Of a stretch of DNA of 46,387 nt, positions 18,778 to 27,179 are shown piece by piece. The position numbers were made by a program, and so were the translations under genes. The stretch comes from Microthrixaceae bacterium (GTDB lineage Bacteria > Actinomycetota > Acidimicrobiia > Acidimicrobiales > Microtrichaceae). The stretch is taken from NCBI GenBank assembly GCA_020439285.1, contig JAGQSZ010000002.1, forward strand, positions 3,917 to 50,303, written 5' to 3'. Position 1 is the first letter of the stretch. Each line of letters starts with the position of its first letter. The notes beneath the pieces are model-generated. The model was given only the letters and a program-made list of their open reading frames with translations. It was not told the DNA's origin and made no database searches.

Positions 18778-20040
18778 ATGGCATCACAGCGATCAGCCCG
18801 ACGAGTTGGTTTCCGAGTCCCACATCTCTTGGGCGTCGGTCTGATTGCCGTGTCTCTTGGAATGGGGTCGGCGTGTTCCGGGGGCAGTGGTGATGACCAA
18901 GGCGGAACCAATGCATCGACGACTGAGAAAGAGTCCACGACGACCACCATCGACCGCGCGGATGCGATGCTCGACTCGACAACCGTGTTTCGTTCAGGTG
19001 AGGACGGATACGCGACGTATCGGATCCCTGCGGTGGTCAGTGCCGCTGACGGAACGCTCATTGCCTTTGCGGAGGGCCGTGTGACCAACGCTGCTGATGA
19101 CGGAAACGTTGATCTGCTCGCCAAGCGTTCGACCGACGGTGGACGGACGTGGGGTGAACTACAGGTCATAGCTGACATGGGTTCCAACTTCATAGGAAAC
19201 CCATCGCCGGTACTCGACAAAGCTTCTGGACGATTAGTTTTGTTGGCTACTTACAAGGCGGGAACCGATACCGAGATCCAGATCTTGACCGGCACGGGCG
19301 AAGACACCAGTCGCGAGTACCTGCTGACCAGCGATGACAACGGAACCACCTGGTCGGAACCCTCTGAAATCACCGAGTCGGTGAAGCGGCCCGAGTGGCG
19401 CTGGTACAGCGTCGGTCCTGGTCACGCGTTCCAGATCCAGTCCGGACCACACGCCGGCAGGCTGGTCGCCGCTGCCAACCACTCCGACAGTGAACTCAAC
19501 TATGGAGCACACCTCCTCTTGAGCGACGACGGCGGCAAGACCTGGCGGATCGGAGCTTCTGACACTCCTCGGGGCGGCCCACTGCATCCCAATGAAGCGA
19601 CAGCCGCTGCTCTGGCCGATGGCACGATCGTCGTGTCAGCGCGTGATCAGGAAGGCGCCGACGAGTGGCACCGCCTACAGACCACCTCCACTGATGGTGG
19701 CGAGACTTTCGTGACTCCATTCAAGGACCAAACAGGATTGGTCACACCAGTTGTTCAGGCATCAATGCTCTGGTTCGACGGAGTCGACAAGAAGTCTGGT
19801 CAGTTGCTGTTCTCGGCACCATCAGATCCCCAGGATCGAATCAACCTACGTGTCAGGTCATCGCTCGATTCTGGAACCACATGGTCCGATGGGTTCCTGG
19901 TAGGACCGGGTCCCGCGGCGTATTCAGACCTGATCGAACTGCCGGGTCAACTCGTTGGAGTTCTATTCGAAACGGGGGACACCGGAGCCAGTGAGCGAAT
20001 CGATTTCGCCACGTTCGGAGCCGACAATCTGGCGGGCTGA
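18778..20040 (+). CDS. Exo-alpha-sialidase (BNR/Asp-box), probable lipoprotein
   Basis: YRIP motif and five Asp-boxes (STDGGRTW, SDDNGTTW, SDDGGKTW, STDGGETF, SLDSGTTW). N-terminal RR-containing signal ending ...SLGMGSAC. Confidence 0.85.
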   Translation: MASQRSARRVGFRVPHLLGVGLIAVSLGMGSACSGGSGDDQGGTNASTTEKESTTTTIDRADAMLDSTTVFRSGEDGYATYRIPAVVSAADGTLIAFAEGRVTNAADDGNVDLLAKRSTDGGRTWGELQVIADMGSNFIGNPSPVLDKASGRLVLLATYKAGTDTEIQILTGTGEDTSREYLLTSDDNGTTWSEPSEITESVKRPEWRWYSVGPGHAFQIQSGPHAGRLVAAANHSDSELNYGAHLLLSDDGGKTWRIGASDTPRGGPLHPNEATAAALADGTIVVSARDQEGADEWHRLQTTSTDGGETFVTPFKDQTGLVTPVVQASMLWFDGVDKKSGQLLFSAPSDPQDRINLRVRSSLDSGTTWSDGFLVGPGPAAYSDLIELPGQLVGVLFETGDTGASERIDFATFGADNLAG

Positions 20041-20220
20041 TCTTTCGTCAAACCCCCCACGAACGAGCTCGAATCTCGTCTCTAACGTCCGTCCCCCCCC
20101 CAAGACCAAACACTGAACTCGGTTCACGGGTGCCGCTGTCATTCTGTCAGTCACGTGTCAGCCATTGGGAGTAGGCCGTGATGCGTTGCGATAGCAACAG
20201 GTCATGAGTGGGAGGCAAAC

Positions 20221-22494
20221 ATGAACGTCGGAATTCGAACACGGATCGCAGCTGTGCTGTCGGTCCTATTACTGGCCCTGTTGGCGGGCAATCAGATAGC
20301 TAACGCTGCAGGTGACGCGCCGTTCCCCCAGGACGATGTGGTTTTTGACGTTGGGACTGAACCCGTGACCATCAATGTTCTGGCCAATGACTCGGACCCC
20401 GAGGGCGATCCGATAAGCGTCGTACCATCGAGTGGCACCACGGGCGCTGGAGGGTCCTATGAGTGCAGCAGTACTACTTGTGTCTATACGCCGCCAGCGA
20501 CCATTCCGGCATCATTCTCCGACTATTTCGAGTACTCCATTACTGATGGAACCTCCATCTCAGGCTCTTGGGTCAATGTCTTTTTCGCGGACATGTACCC
20601 GCACGCTGTGGACGATTCGGTCGTCGTGTCCGGATCGTCATCGGTCCAAGTAGACGTCCTGACCAACGACTACCACGGCTCAGGGTCGGACATCTCTGTC
20701 GTTCCTTCAACTGGCACGACCGCTGTTGGAGGTGGTTTTCAGTGCACTACCACGGCCTGTTCCTACACACCTCCGGACCCCGCGGTCGATGACTCCTTCA
20801 CCTATCAGATCACTGACGGAACCAACACGGCTACCGGAACCGTGACCATCACATCAGTTGTCTGCGCCGACCCGACGGCTGCACTAAATGATTCGTCGAT
20901 CATCACCGGGTACGAGTGGATCGAGTGCACTGGGAACACCAGCAACGGATCCGTAACCAACTTCACGCCACTGCTTCCCAGCACGGGCGCATCGAGTTGG
21001 CTCATGACCAGCGGAACGGTCGAAACCGCCCAACCACCGAACGACGATTCTGGAGCGACCGGAAGTCCGGCAATACAGAACTCAGTTCGCGGAGCCAACG
21101 ACGTACAGATCCTTCGACTCGACATCAACGTGCCTGCTGGCAATAGCTGCCTGGCCTTCGACTTTGTCTTCGGCAGCGAGGAGTACCCAGAGTTCGTCAA
21201 CTCGAGTTTCAACGATGGGTTCCTAGCCGAGTTGGACTCAAGCACCTGGTCAGTGACCAACAGCGAGATCGCAGCACCCGACAACTTCGCTTTCGATAGC
21301 GGCGGTGACCTGGTGAGCATCAACAGCACCTTCTTCTCACCCGAGAGAGTGGTGACCGAGACCGGCATGCAATACGACGGCTCCACTCCACGGCTCCGCG
21401 CCCAAACCGAAATCACCCCGGGTGCACATTCTCTGTTCCTGTCGATCTTCGACGCTGGGGACCATGCCCTTGATTCCGGAGCGCTGATCGACAACCTGCG
21501 TGTTTCGCCTACACCTGAGGGCGGATGTGAAGCAGGTGCATCGATTGAGATTGCAGTCGATGATTCCGCAACCACCCCCGAGGAGACATCGGTCGACATC
21601 AATGTCACCGGCAATGACCTGCTGGCTGAGGGTGCAACCCCCAACGTCCTGCTTGCCACGGCGCCTTCGCACGGCACCGCAACCTGCACAACAGCTGGAA
21701 TCTGCACCTATACACCTGCCGCCGACTTCAACGGCACCGACACTTTCACCTACACCATCACTGATGGACTCGGCGCCAGTGACAACGGTGTGGTCACGGT
21801 GACTGTCACTCCGGTCAACGATGCCCCAGTGGCGGCTGACGACACGCTCACAGCGGTCGACTCGACACCGGCAACAGTGAACGTGCTGGCCAATGACACC
21901 GACGCAGACGGCGACACACTGACAGTCACCGCCAACACCCAAGGCGCCAACGGAACAGTCACCTGCACACCCACAGGAAACTGCACCTACACAGCCAACG
22001 CCGGATACGAAGGACCAGACTCCTTCACATACACAATCAGCGACGGCAACGGCGCAACAGCCACAGCAACCGTCAACGTCACAGTCACCAAGACTCCTCC
22101 AGCAGGCTGCTCGAACGACGAGTTGTCAATTGCGTTGAGTGGAGCGTTGAGCGGCTCATACAGCGGATGCATCACGTCGGGCAATCTGAAGATCGTCCGT
22201 GATGTCTGGGGCATCGTGTCGGTGAAGGGAACAGCGAACGTACCCTCGCTGAACGGCGGATCTGGTACTGCCAAGGTGAGCATCAACGTGACTCGAGTGT
22301 GGATTCTGCCGCTCTATCTCGGTTCGGTGTCTGTCAATGATCCGGGCGTGGGGGCCAACGACACCGGATACCTGCTCTTCGGCAAGGTGACGGGGTCGGG
22401 TACTACTGCCACCGCTTCCTTCGGTGGGATCGCAGGGCCGTGGTGGAAGTTCAAGTTCTTCAACGCCACTGTGACAGTGAAGGACCTCGCATAA
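20221..22494 (+). CDS. Secreted multi-domain protein: 4 cadherin/Ig-like repeats, a choice-of-anchor-L-like domain, and an unknown C-terminal domain
   Basis: Sec signal ...NQIANA|AGD and GGGAGG RBS. Repeats of type V(N/D)VLANDSDPEGD...FTYTITDG. Central CLAFDFVFGSEEYPEFVNSSFNDGFLAEL matches my memory of the choice-of-anchor L motif. No LPXTG or TM anchor. Confidence 0.75.
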   Translation: MNVGIRTRIAAVLSVLLLALLAGNQIANAAGDAPFPQDDVVFDVGTEPVTINVLANDSDPEGDPISVVPSSGTTGAGGSYECSSTTCVYTPPATIPASFSDYFEYSITDGTSISGSWVNVFFADMYPHAVDDSVVVSGSSSVQVDVLTNDYHGSGSDISVVPSTGTTAVGGGFQCTTTACSYTPPDPAVDDSFTYQITDGTNTATGTVTITSVVCADPTAALNDSSIITGYEWIECTGNTSNGSVTNFTPLLPSTGASSWLMTSGTVETAQPPNDDSGATGSPAIQNSVRGANDVQILRLDINVPAGNSCLAFDFVFGSEEYPEFVNSSFNDGFLAELDSSTWSVTNSEIAAPDNFAFDSGGDLVSINSTFFSPERVVTETGMQYDGSTPRLRAQTEITPGAHSLFLSIFDAGDHALDSGALIDNLRVSPTPEGGCEAGASIEIAVDDSATTPEETSVDINVTGNDLLAEGATPNVLLATAPSHGTATCTTAGICTYTPAADFNGTDTFTYTITDGLGASDNGVVTVTVTPVNDAPVAADDTLTAVDSTPATVNVLANDTDADGDTLTVTANTQGANGTVTCTPTGNCTYTANAGYEGPDSFTYTISDGNGATATATVNVTVTKTPPAGCSNDELSIALSGALSGSYSGCITSGNLKIVRDVWGIVSVKGTANVPSLNGGSGTAKVSINVTRVWILPLYLGSVSVNDPGVGANDTGYLLFGKVTGSGTTATASFGGIAGPWWKFKFFNATVTVKDLA

Positions 22495-22540
22495 CGGAGG
22501 GGAATGAGCGGGCTCCTGCCAGGTTGTCGCCCATTGACCT

Positions 22541-22561
22541 GGCAGGGGCCCTTGCCTTTTT
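22541..22561 (+). terminator. Rho-independent terminator
   Basis: GGCAGG-GGCC-CTTGCC hairpin followed by TTTTT, 47 nt after the 22494 stop. Confidence 0.7.
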
Positions 22562-22581
22562 GGGCTGCTATGAGACGTCGG

Positions 22582-23286
22582 TCAGTCGGAGAGGTGATCT
22601 GTCCAAGCGCTCCCGTCCCACCAACGCTGTCCCACACCAGACGGGTCGGGATACCAACCTGCAGGCACCTGCTGTTGAGCGACTGGTTCTGAAGGTGGGC
22701 TCGGTTCGGCCCAGGCTGAGCCCATACCCGGTAGGCCCGTACTACTCGGCTGAGCGCCAGCCGGGCCTGCAGTTGGGTTGAATCCTCCAGATGCTGCTCC
22801 GGTGCCGCCCCAGGCTGCGCCGGTTCCTGCCGAGGGCACGTAGCCACCGCCGTAGGTTCCTCCTCCGTATCCGTAGCTGGACACCCCGCTGTCGTAGGTG
22901 GCCGATCCAAAGCCGAGAATAGGAATAAAGATTGGTGAGAGAAACGCCAGACCGAGTCCGAATCCGGCACCCTTATTAAACGCTTTCGCCACATCCATCA
23001 TCACGATAATTGCTACGACGAAACTGACGCACGGGATCAACATCAACACAAGCCACCACCCGGGCCGACGCGCCACTTTGATGAGAGTGTAGGTATTCAG
23101 TATCGGGATGATCGCGTGCCAGCCGGGCTGTCCAGCTTTGGTGAAGACCTTCCACATTCCAGCCACGATGACGAACAGAACTGCAGCATAGACACCAAAC
23201 AGGACGACCATCCCGACCGCCGAAGCAGCACTGGAACCGGTATTGAACGAGTCGTCGCTGTACGCCTGGAGAAGGATCGAAAGCAT
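22582..23286 (-). CDS. DUF5684 membrane protein with Gly/Tyr-rich linker and C-terminal DUF2510 motif
   Basis: MWKVFTKAGQPGWHAIIPILNTYTLIKVARRPGWW (DUF5684-like) and a C-terminal GWYPDPSGVGQRWWDGSAWT (DUF2510-like). Confidence 0.75.
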   Translation of the reverse strand: MLSILLQAYSDDSFNTGSSAASAVGMVVLFGVYAAVLFVIVAGMWKVFTKAGQPGWHAIIPILNTYTLIKVARRPGWWLVLMLIPCVSFVVAIIVMMDVAKAFNKGAGFGLGLAFLSPIFIPILGFGSATYDSGVSSYGYGGGTYGGGYVPSAGTGAAWGGTGAASGGFNPTAGPAGAQPSSTGLPGMGSAWAEPSPPSEPVAQQQVPAGWYPDPSGVGQRWWDGSAWTDHLSD

Positions 23287-23367
23287 GGCGGAACTCTACA
23301 ACCGCCACATCGTGGCGTTGGGGAGCATGCCACCAGCTGGAGCCTTCGCACCGCTCCCGACTGAGGC

Positions 23368-24561
23368 TCAGCCCTGGTTGTTCTTTCGTGCCCCCGAAGA
23401 CTTGTTCGAGGCGGTCTCTTTGTCGGATTCCAAGCGCTTCACGTCATCAGCTGTGTTCTCGGTCGATTCAGAGTTCAATTCGGCAGAAGCGCCCTTCAGG
23501 TCTTCAACTGTGCTGGTGGACTGCTCGTAGGCTTGCTTTGCAGCGGTCAGGTCCTTCATTGCTGACTCGTGCTTCTTTGATAGTTCATCGACTGTCCGGG
23601 CCAGGTCTGCTTCTTTGTCCTGCAGATTCGAGAGTGTCTTCTTGGACTCTTCGACCCGTGCCTTTGCATCAGCAAGGGCTTTCTCGGCCGCTGTTTGCTT
23701 GGTCTGAGCTGCTTGGACCTTCGACTTGCCCTTCTTGCCGGTGGCCTGCTTCTTGGCTGTTTCGAGTTCCTTGGTCGCCGCGTCGTAGGCCTTTTCGGCA
23801 GTCGTCAGACCTTCTTGGGCGGACTTGTACTCGCTCTTTGCCTTATCGACGGCTGCGATGACTTCCTTGTGCTTCACGATTGTCTCATCTAGTTGGCTTC
23901 GCACAGACTCGTCCCTGGCCTGTGCTTCCTTGAGTGCGCTAGTGGCCTTGTCCTGATCACTCGAGGCCGCCTTGAGCTTCTCTTCATAGGCCTTACGATC
24001 AGCCTCGCTCATCGTGTCGGCGTTCGCTGCCTCATTTGCAGCAGCAGCCTCTTTGGCTGACTTCTCCGCATCTATCCGTGCAGCCTCGGCCTTCTTCTCC
24101 TCATCTGCCCGAGCTGCATAAGCAGCTTCGGCACGAGCCTGGGCCTCTGGACCGATGAAGACTTCCATCGGGTCGGAGAGCTCGGTACATGGTCCCGGTG
24201 TCGTGTCGACCGGGAACCGGATCTGGCGGCATGGATCGGTGCTTCCCAGGCGTCGGGCCTGAATCACTACTGATTCTGTTGTCATATCACCGACTGTGAA
24301 GGTCAGGTTCTGGGTGTTCTTGACTGGCAGTGCCAAAGCATCGATCTCACGGAAGCTCGACAATCCCTCCAGGATCATCTGCGCCTCAGCTGCCGTTGCG
24401 ACTGCCCGCAGGGACTCATCGAGTGCCACGACTTGGGCCTTCTCTCGAATCTTGCCGACGCTCATGACGGTCACACCACTCAGCACTCCCAGAACCGCGA
24501 TGGTCACAAGAAGCTCCAAGAGTGTGAAGCCCGCTTGCGACCTCACCCTGCGAGGGTGCAT
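23368..24561 (-). CDS. Prepilin-type N-terminal cleavage/methylation-domain protein with ~260-aa Ala/Lys/Glu-rich coiled-coil C-terminus
   Basis: Class III signal MHPRRVRSQAG|FTLLELLVTIAVLGVLSGV (Gly -1, Phe +1, Glu +5). A small ~110-aa globular part is followed by a long heptad-like region. ATG 24561 is preferred; 24633 is an alternative. Confidence 0.75.
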   Translation of the reverse strand: MHPRRVRSQAGFTLLELLVTIAVLGVLSGVTVMSVGKIREKAQVVALDESLRAVATAAEAQMILEGLSSFREIDALALPVKNTQNLTFTVGDMTTESVVIQARRLGSTDPCRQIRFPVDTTPGPCTELSDPMEVFIGPEAQARAEAAYAARADEEKKAEAARIDAEKSAKEAAAANEAANADTMSEADRKAYEEKLKAASSDQDKATSALKEAQARDESVRSQLDETIVKHKEVIAAVDKAKSEYKSAQEGLTTAEKAYDAATKELETAKKQATGKKGKSKVQAAQTKQTAAEKALADAKARVEESKKTLSNLQDKEADLARTVDELSKKHESAMKDLTAAKQAYEQSTSTVEDLKGASAELNSESTENTADDVKRLESDKETASNKSSGARKNNQG

Positions 24562-24802
24562 GAACGATTGATATCCGGTCCTCGTGGTCTCAACCGAATG
24601 GAATTGTGGGATGTGTTGCGCGGCTGTGCCCATGCACGATAAATCGACGCCATCGCTTGACTACTTGAAAATGGACGCAGATGTGATCCATTCGGCCTAG
24701 CCCGGGGCCTAGGACTGATACGACAAGCCAGCCACAGGGGGTGACGGGGATCTCGGTGCGGAGTGCATCGAGTCTGCCCTACCATCAACCGCACCACTTC
24801 TC

Positions 24803-24818
24803 TTGACCGAACGGTCAA
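24803..24818. promoter_or_regulatory. Perfect palindrome upstream of the acyl-CoA dehydrogenase gene (candidate operator)
   Basis: TTGACCG-AA-CGGTCAA, 22 nt upstream of ATG 24841. The AAGGACAGG RBS follows. Confidence 0.5.
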
Positions 24819-24840
24819 CTTTGATGAATAAGGACAGGAC

Positions 24841-26994
24841 ATGTCGATAGCGATCACAGAGGACCACAGAGCGCTCGCGGAGACGGTCGCCAGTTTCCTC
24901 GCCAATCGAAAGGCACTGCTCGCCGCACGGGTATTGCTCGATTCCGAGGACGAACCAATGACCGAGTTGTGGCCCGAGATGGTTGGCCTCGGTTGGGCAG
25001 GACTGCACATTCCGGAGCAGTACGGCGGTTCGGGCTTCGGTCTGGAAGAACTCGTCATCGTTGTCGAGGAGACCGGACGCACCGTGACTCCGGGCCCGCT
25101 TGTTCCGACAGTCATTGCGAGCGCGGTCATCAACTCTGCTGCCGATGAGGCGACCAAATCACGGTTGCTACCCGGACTCGTCGACGGATCAGTCACCGCA
25201 GGCATCGGGCTCGAAGGGTCTGTCGTGGTCACCGCTGGCAAGGCCTCGGGTTCAGCAGGCACCGTGCTCGGCGGAGGTCTGGCCTCTCTCATCATGGTAC
25301 CGGCTGGTGACGACGTGGTGATCGTCGACGTCGGCGCTGGCGTCACGGTGGAGAATCCGCCGAACCTGGATCCGACGCGGCGATCATCTCGAGTGACACT
25401 CGATGGGGCTGCCGCAACCGTTATCCCCGGTGGACGCAGGGCACTCACGGATCTGTCCCGCCTGATTCTCTCGGCTGAGGCTGTCGGAATTGCGGGGGCC
25501 TGCACCGACCACGCTGCTGCGTATGCCAAGGAGCGTGTGCAGTTCGGTCGTGTCATCGGAACCTTCCAGGCAGTCAAGCACCACTGCGCCAACATGGCAG
25601 TGGCGACCGAGACGTCCACCTCGGCTGTCTGGGACGCTGCAAAAGCAGCCGCCACGGGCGGTGACATCTTCACCTTCACCGCCGCTGTCGCCGCCACACT
25701 CGCTGGACCCGCTGCTGACCTGTGCGCCAACTTGAACACACAGGTCCACGGCGGAATCGCAATTACGTGGGAACACGACGCTCACCTCTACATGCGCCGA
25801 GCGATCGTGCTCGAGAGCCTGCTGCGCCCAGACGTAGCGGCCGAGGATCTAGTCGATCTGGGTCGACGGGGAATCAGTCGAGGCAAGCAGATCGAACTAC
25901 CACCAGAAGCTGACTCGATCCGTGAAGAGGTCCGGGCGTTCATCGAGACCATCAAGGATCTGTCGCCCGAGGACCGCACAGCGAAGCTCGTCGAAGCGGG
26001 CTACATCTACCCCCACTGGCCCAAGCCCTATGGCCGCGAGGCGGGAGCCATCGAGCAACTCGTTATCGAACAGGAATTCGGCGAGGCGCAGATCGGTCGA
26101 CCGAACCTGGGAATCACGGCTTGGAACATCCTCACACTCATCCAGCATGCGACCCCCGAACAGGCCGCCCGCTGGGTCCCACCAGCATTGAACCGCGAGG
26201 TCATCTGGTGCCAGCTCTTCAGCGAGCCTGACGCTGGTTCGGACGCAGCCGGTGTCAAAGCCAAGGCCACCCGTGTTGACGGCGGCTGGCTCATCAACGG
26301 GCAGAAGGTCTGGACATCTGGAGCACACGAGTCGAGCTTCGGCCTGGCAACAGTGCGCACTGATCCCGATGCCCCCAAGCATGCTGGGATCACCACTGTT
26401 GTCATCGACATGCATGCAGAGGGCGTCGAGGTGCGGCCACTCAAGCAGACGACCGGCGCCTCGGACTTCAACGAGGTCTTCTTCACCGATGTGTTCGTTC
26501 CTGATGACGATGTCGTGGGGCCAGTCGACGGCGGTTGGACAGTAGCCCGAGCGACCCTCGGCAATGAGAGCGTCAGCATCGGCGGTGGCGGCGACGGGAT
26601 GTCCTATCCCCCGTTGATGCTGATCCCGGCCTATGACGACCACCCAGACCGTGTCGATGGAGGCGCCGCAAGGATCGGCCGATATATGGCGCTGCATCAA
26701 GCCATGGGACTGCTGAATCTGCGCGCAGCCAACCGTGCAGTCGCGGGCGCCGGTCCAGGCCCCGAAGGCGCGATGACCAAGCTGATTCTCTCCGAGCTCG
26801 GTCACGAGGCAGCTGCCCTACTCGCAGAGTTGAACGGCCCGGACACCGCGTTCATCGACGGTGTGGGGGCAATCAACTACATGTTGATGATGATGCACCG
26901 TGGTATGTCGATTGCTGGTGGTACCTCGGAGATCAAGCGCAACCAGATCGGGGAACGCATCCTGGGTCTGCCGCGGGATCCGCTGATCAAGTAG
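24841..26994 (+). CDS. Fused tandem acyl-CoA dehydrogenase (two ACAD modules in one 717-aa chain)
   Basis: The N-terminal half is ACAD-like (LHIPEQYGGSG..., ...HGGIAITWEHD). The C-terminal half is a full ACAD (CQLFSEPDAGSD, WTSGAH, GGTSEIKRNQIGERILGLP). Confidence 0.85.
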   Translation: MSIAITEDHRALAETVASFLANRKALLAARVLLDSEDEPMTELWPEMVGLGWAGLHIPEQYGGSGFGLEELVIVVEETGRTVTPGPLVPTVIASAVINSAADEATKSRLLPGLVDGSVTAGIGLEGSVVVTAGKASGSAGTVLGGGLASLIMVPAGDDVVIVDVGAGVTVENPPNLDPTRRSSRVTLDGAAATVIPGGRRALTDLSRLILSAEAVGIAGACTDHAAAYAKERVQFGRVIGTFQAVKHHCANMAVATETSTSAVWDAAKAAATGGDIFTFTAAVAATLAGPAADLCANLNTQVHGGIAITWEHDAHLYMRRAIVLESLLRPDVAAEDLVDLGRRGISRGKQIELPPEADSIREEVRAFIETIKDLSPEDRTAKLVEAGYIYPHWPKPYGREAGAIEQLVIEQEFGEAQIGRPNLGITAWNILTLIQHATPEQAARWVPPALNREVIWCQLFSEPDAGSDAAGVKAKATRVDGGWLINGQKVWTSGAHESSFGLATVRTDPDAPKHAGITTVVIDMHAEGVEVRPLKQTTGASDFNEVFFTDVFVPDDDVVGPVDGGWTVARATLGNESVSIGGGGDGMSYPPLMLIPAYDDHPDRVDGGAARIGRYMALHQAMGLLNLRAANRAVAGAGPGPEGAMTKLILSELGHEAAALLAELNGPDTAFIDGVGAINYMLMMMHRGMSIAGGTSEIKRNQIGERILGLPRDPLIK

Positions 26995-27077
26995 GTCATT
27001 AGTGCCGCCGTTCGGTCGCCGTCGGCCCCATTGGGTGGCGTGGAGGCACCGGACGGCGGCCTGCGTGTGTATCACGG

Positions 27078-27128
27078 CGAACTTTGTGGAGTTCTGGTTG
27101 CCCACCAACGCGAACTCCACAAAGTTCG
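27078..27128. terminator. Perfect 17-bp stem / 17-nt loop hairpin between convergent genes
   Basis: CGAACTTTGTGGAGTTC-(17 nt)-GAACTCCACAAAGTTCG. A second, smaller hairpin, CGGGCC-GGACTA-GGCCCG, lies at 27151-27168. There is no U-tract. Confidence 0.5.
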
Positions 27129-27179
27129 GGCTGGTGGAGCGGGCGAGGACCGGGCCGGACTAGGCCCGCGTCGACTCGC

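Noticed and set aside
20137-20198. Three TGTCA direct repeats (20137, 20145, 20156) and a GTTGC-GATA-GCAAC mini-palindrome upstream of the adhesin-like gene.
   Set aside because: These are 5-nt motifs with irregular spacing and are expected by chance. They are not reportable without conservation data.
24543-25739. 398-aa minus-strand ORF antisense to the ACAD gene. Similar long shadow ORFs occur at 20805-21707(-), 25897-26805(-), 27762-28643(+), 34121-35026(+), 14971-15846(+), 1853-2650(+), 35121-35834(+), 38392-39111(+) and 36747-37649(-).
   Set aside because: They have Ala/Arg/Ser/Pro/Thr-rich low-complexity translations with no motifs. Each lies opposite to, or out of frame with, a gene that has clear family signatures. 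This is typical of high-GC shadow ORFs.
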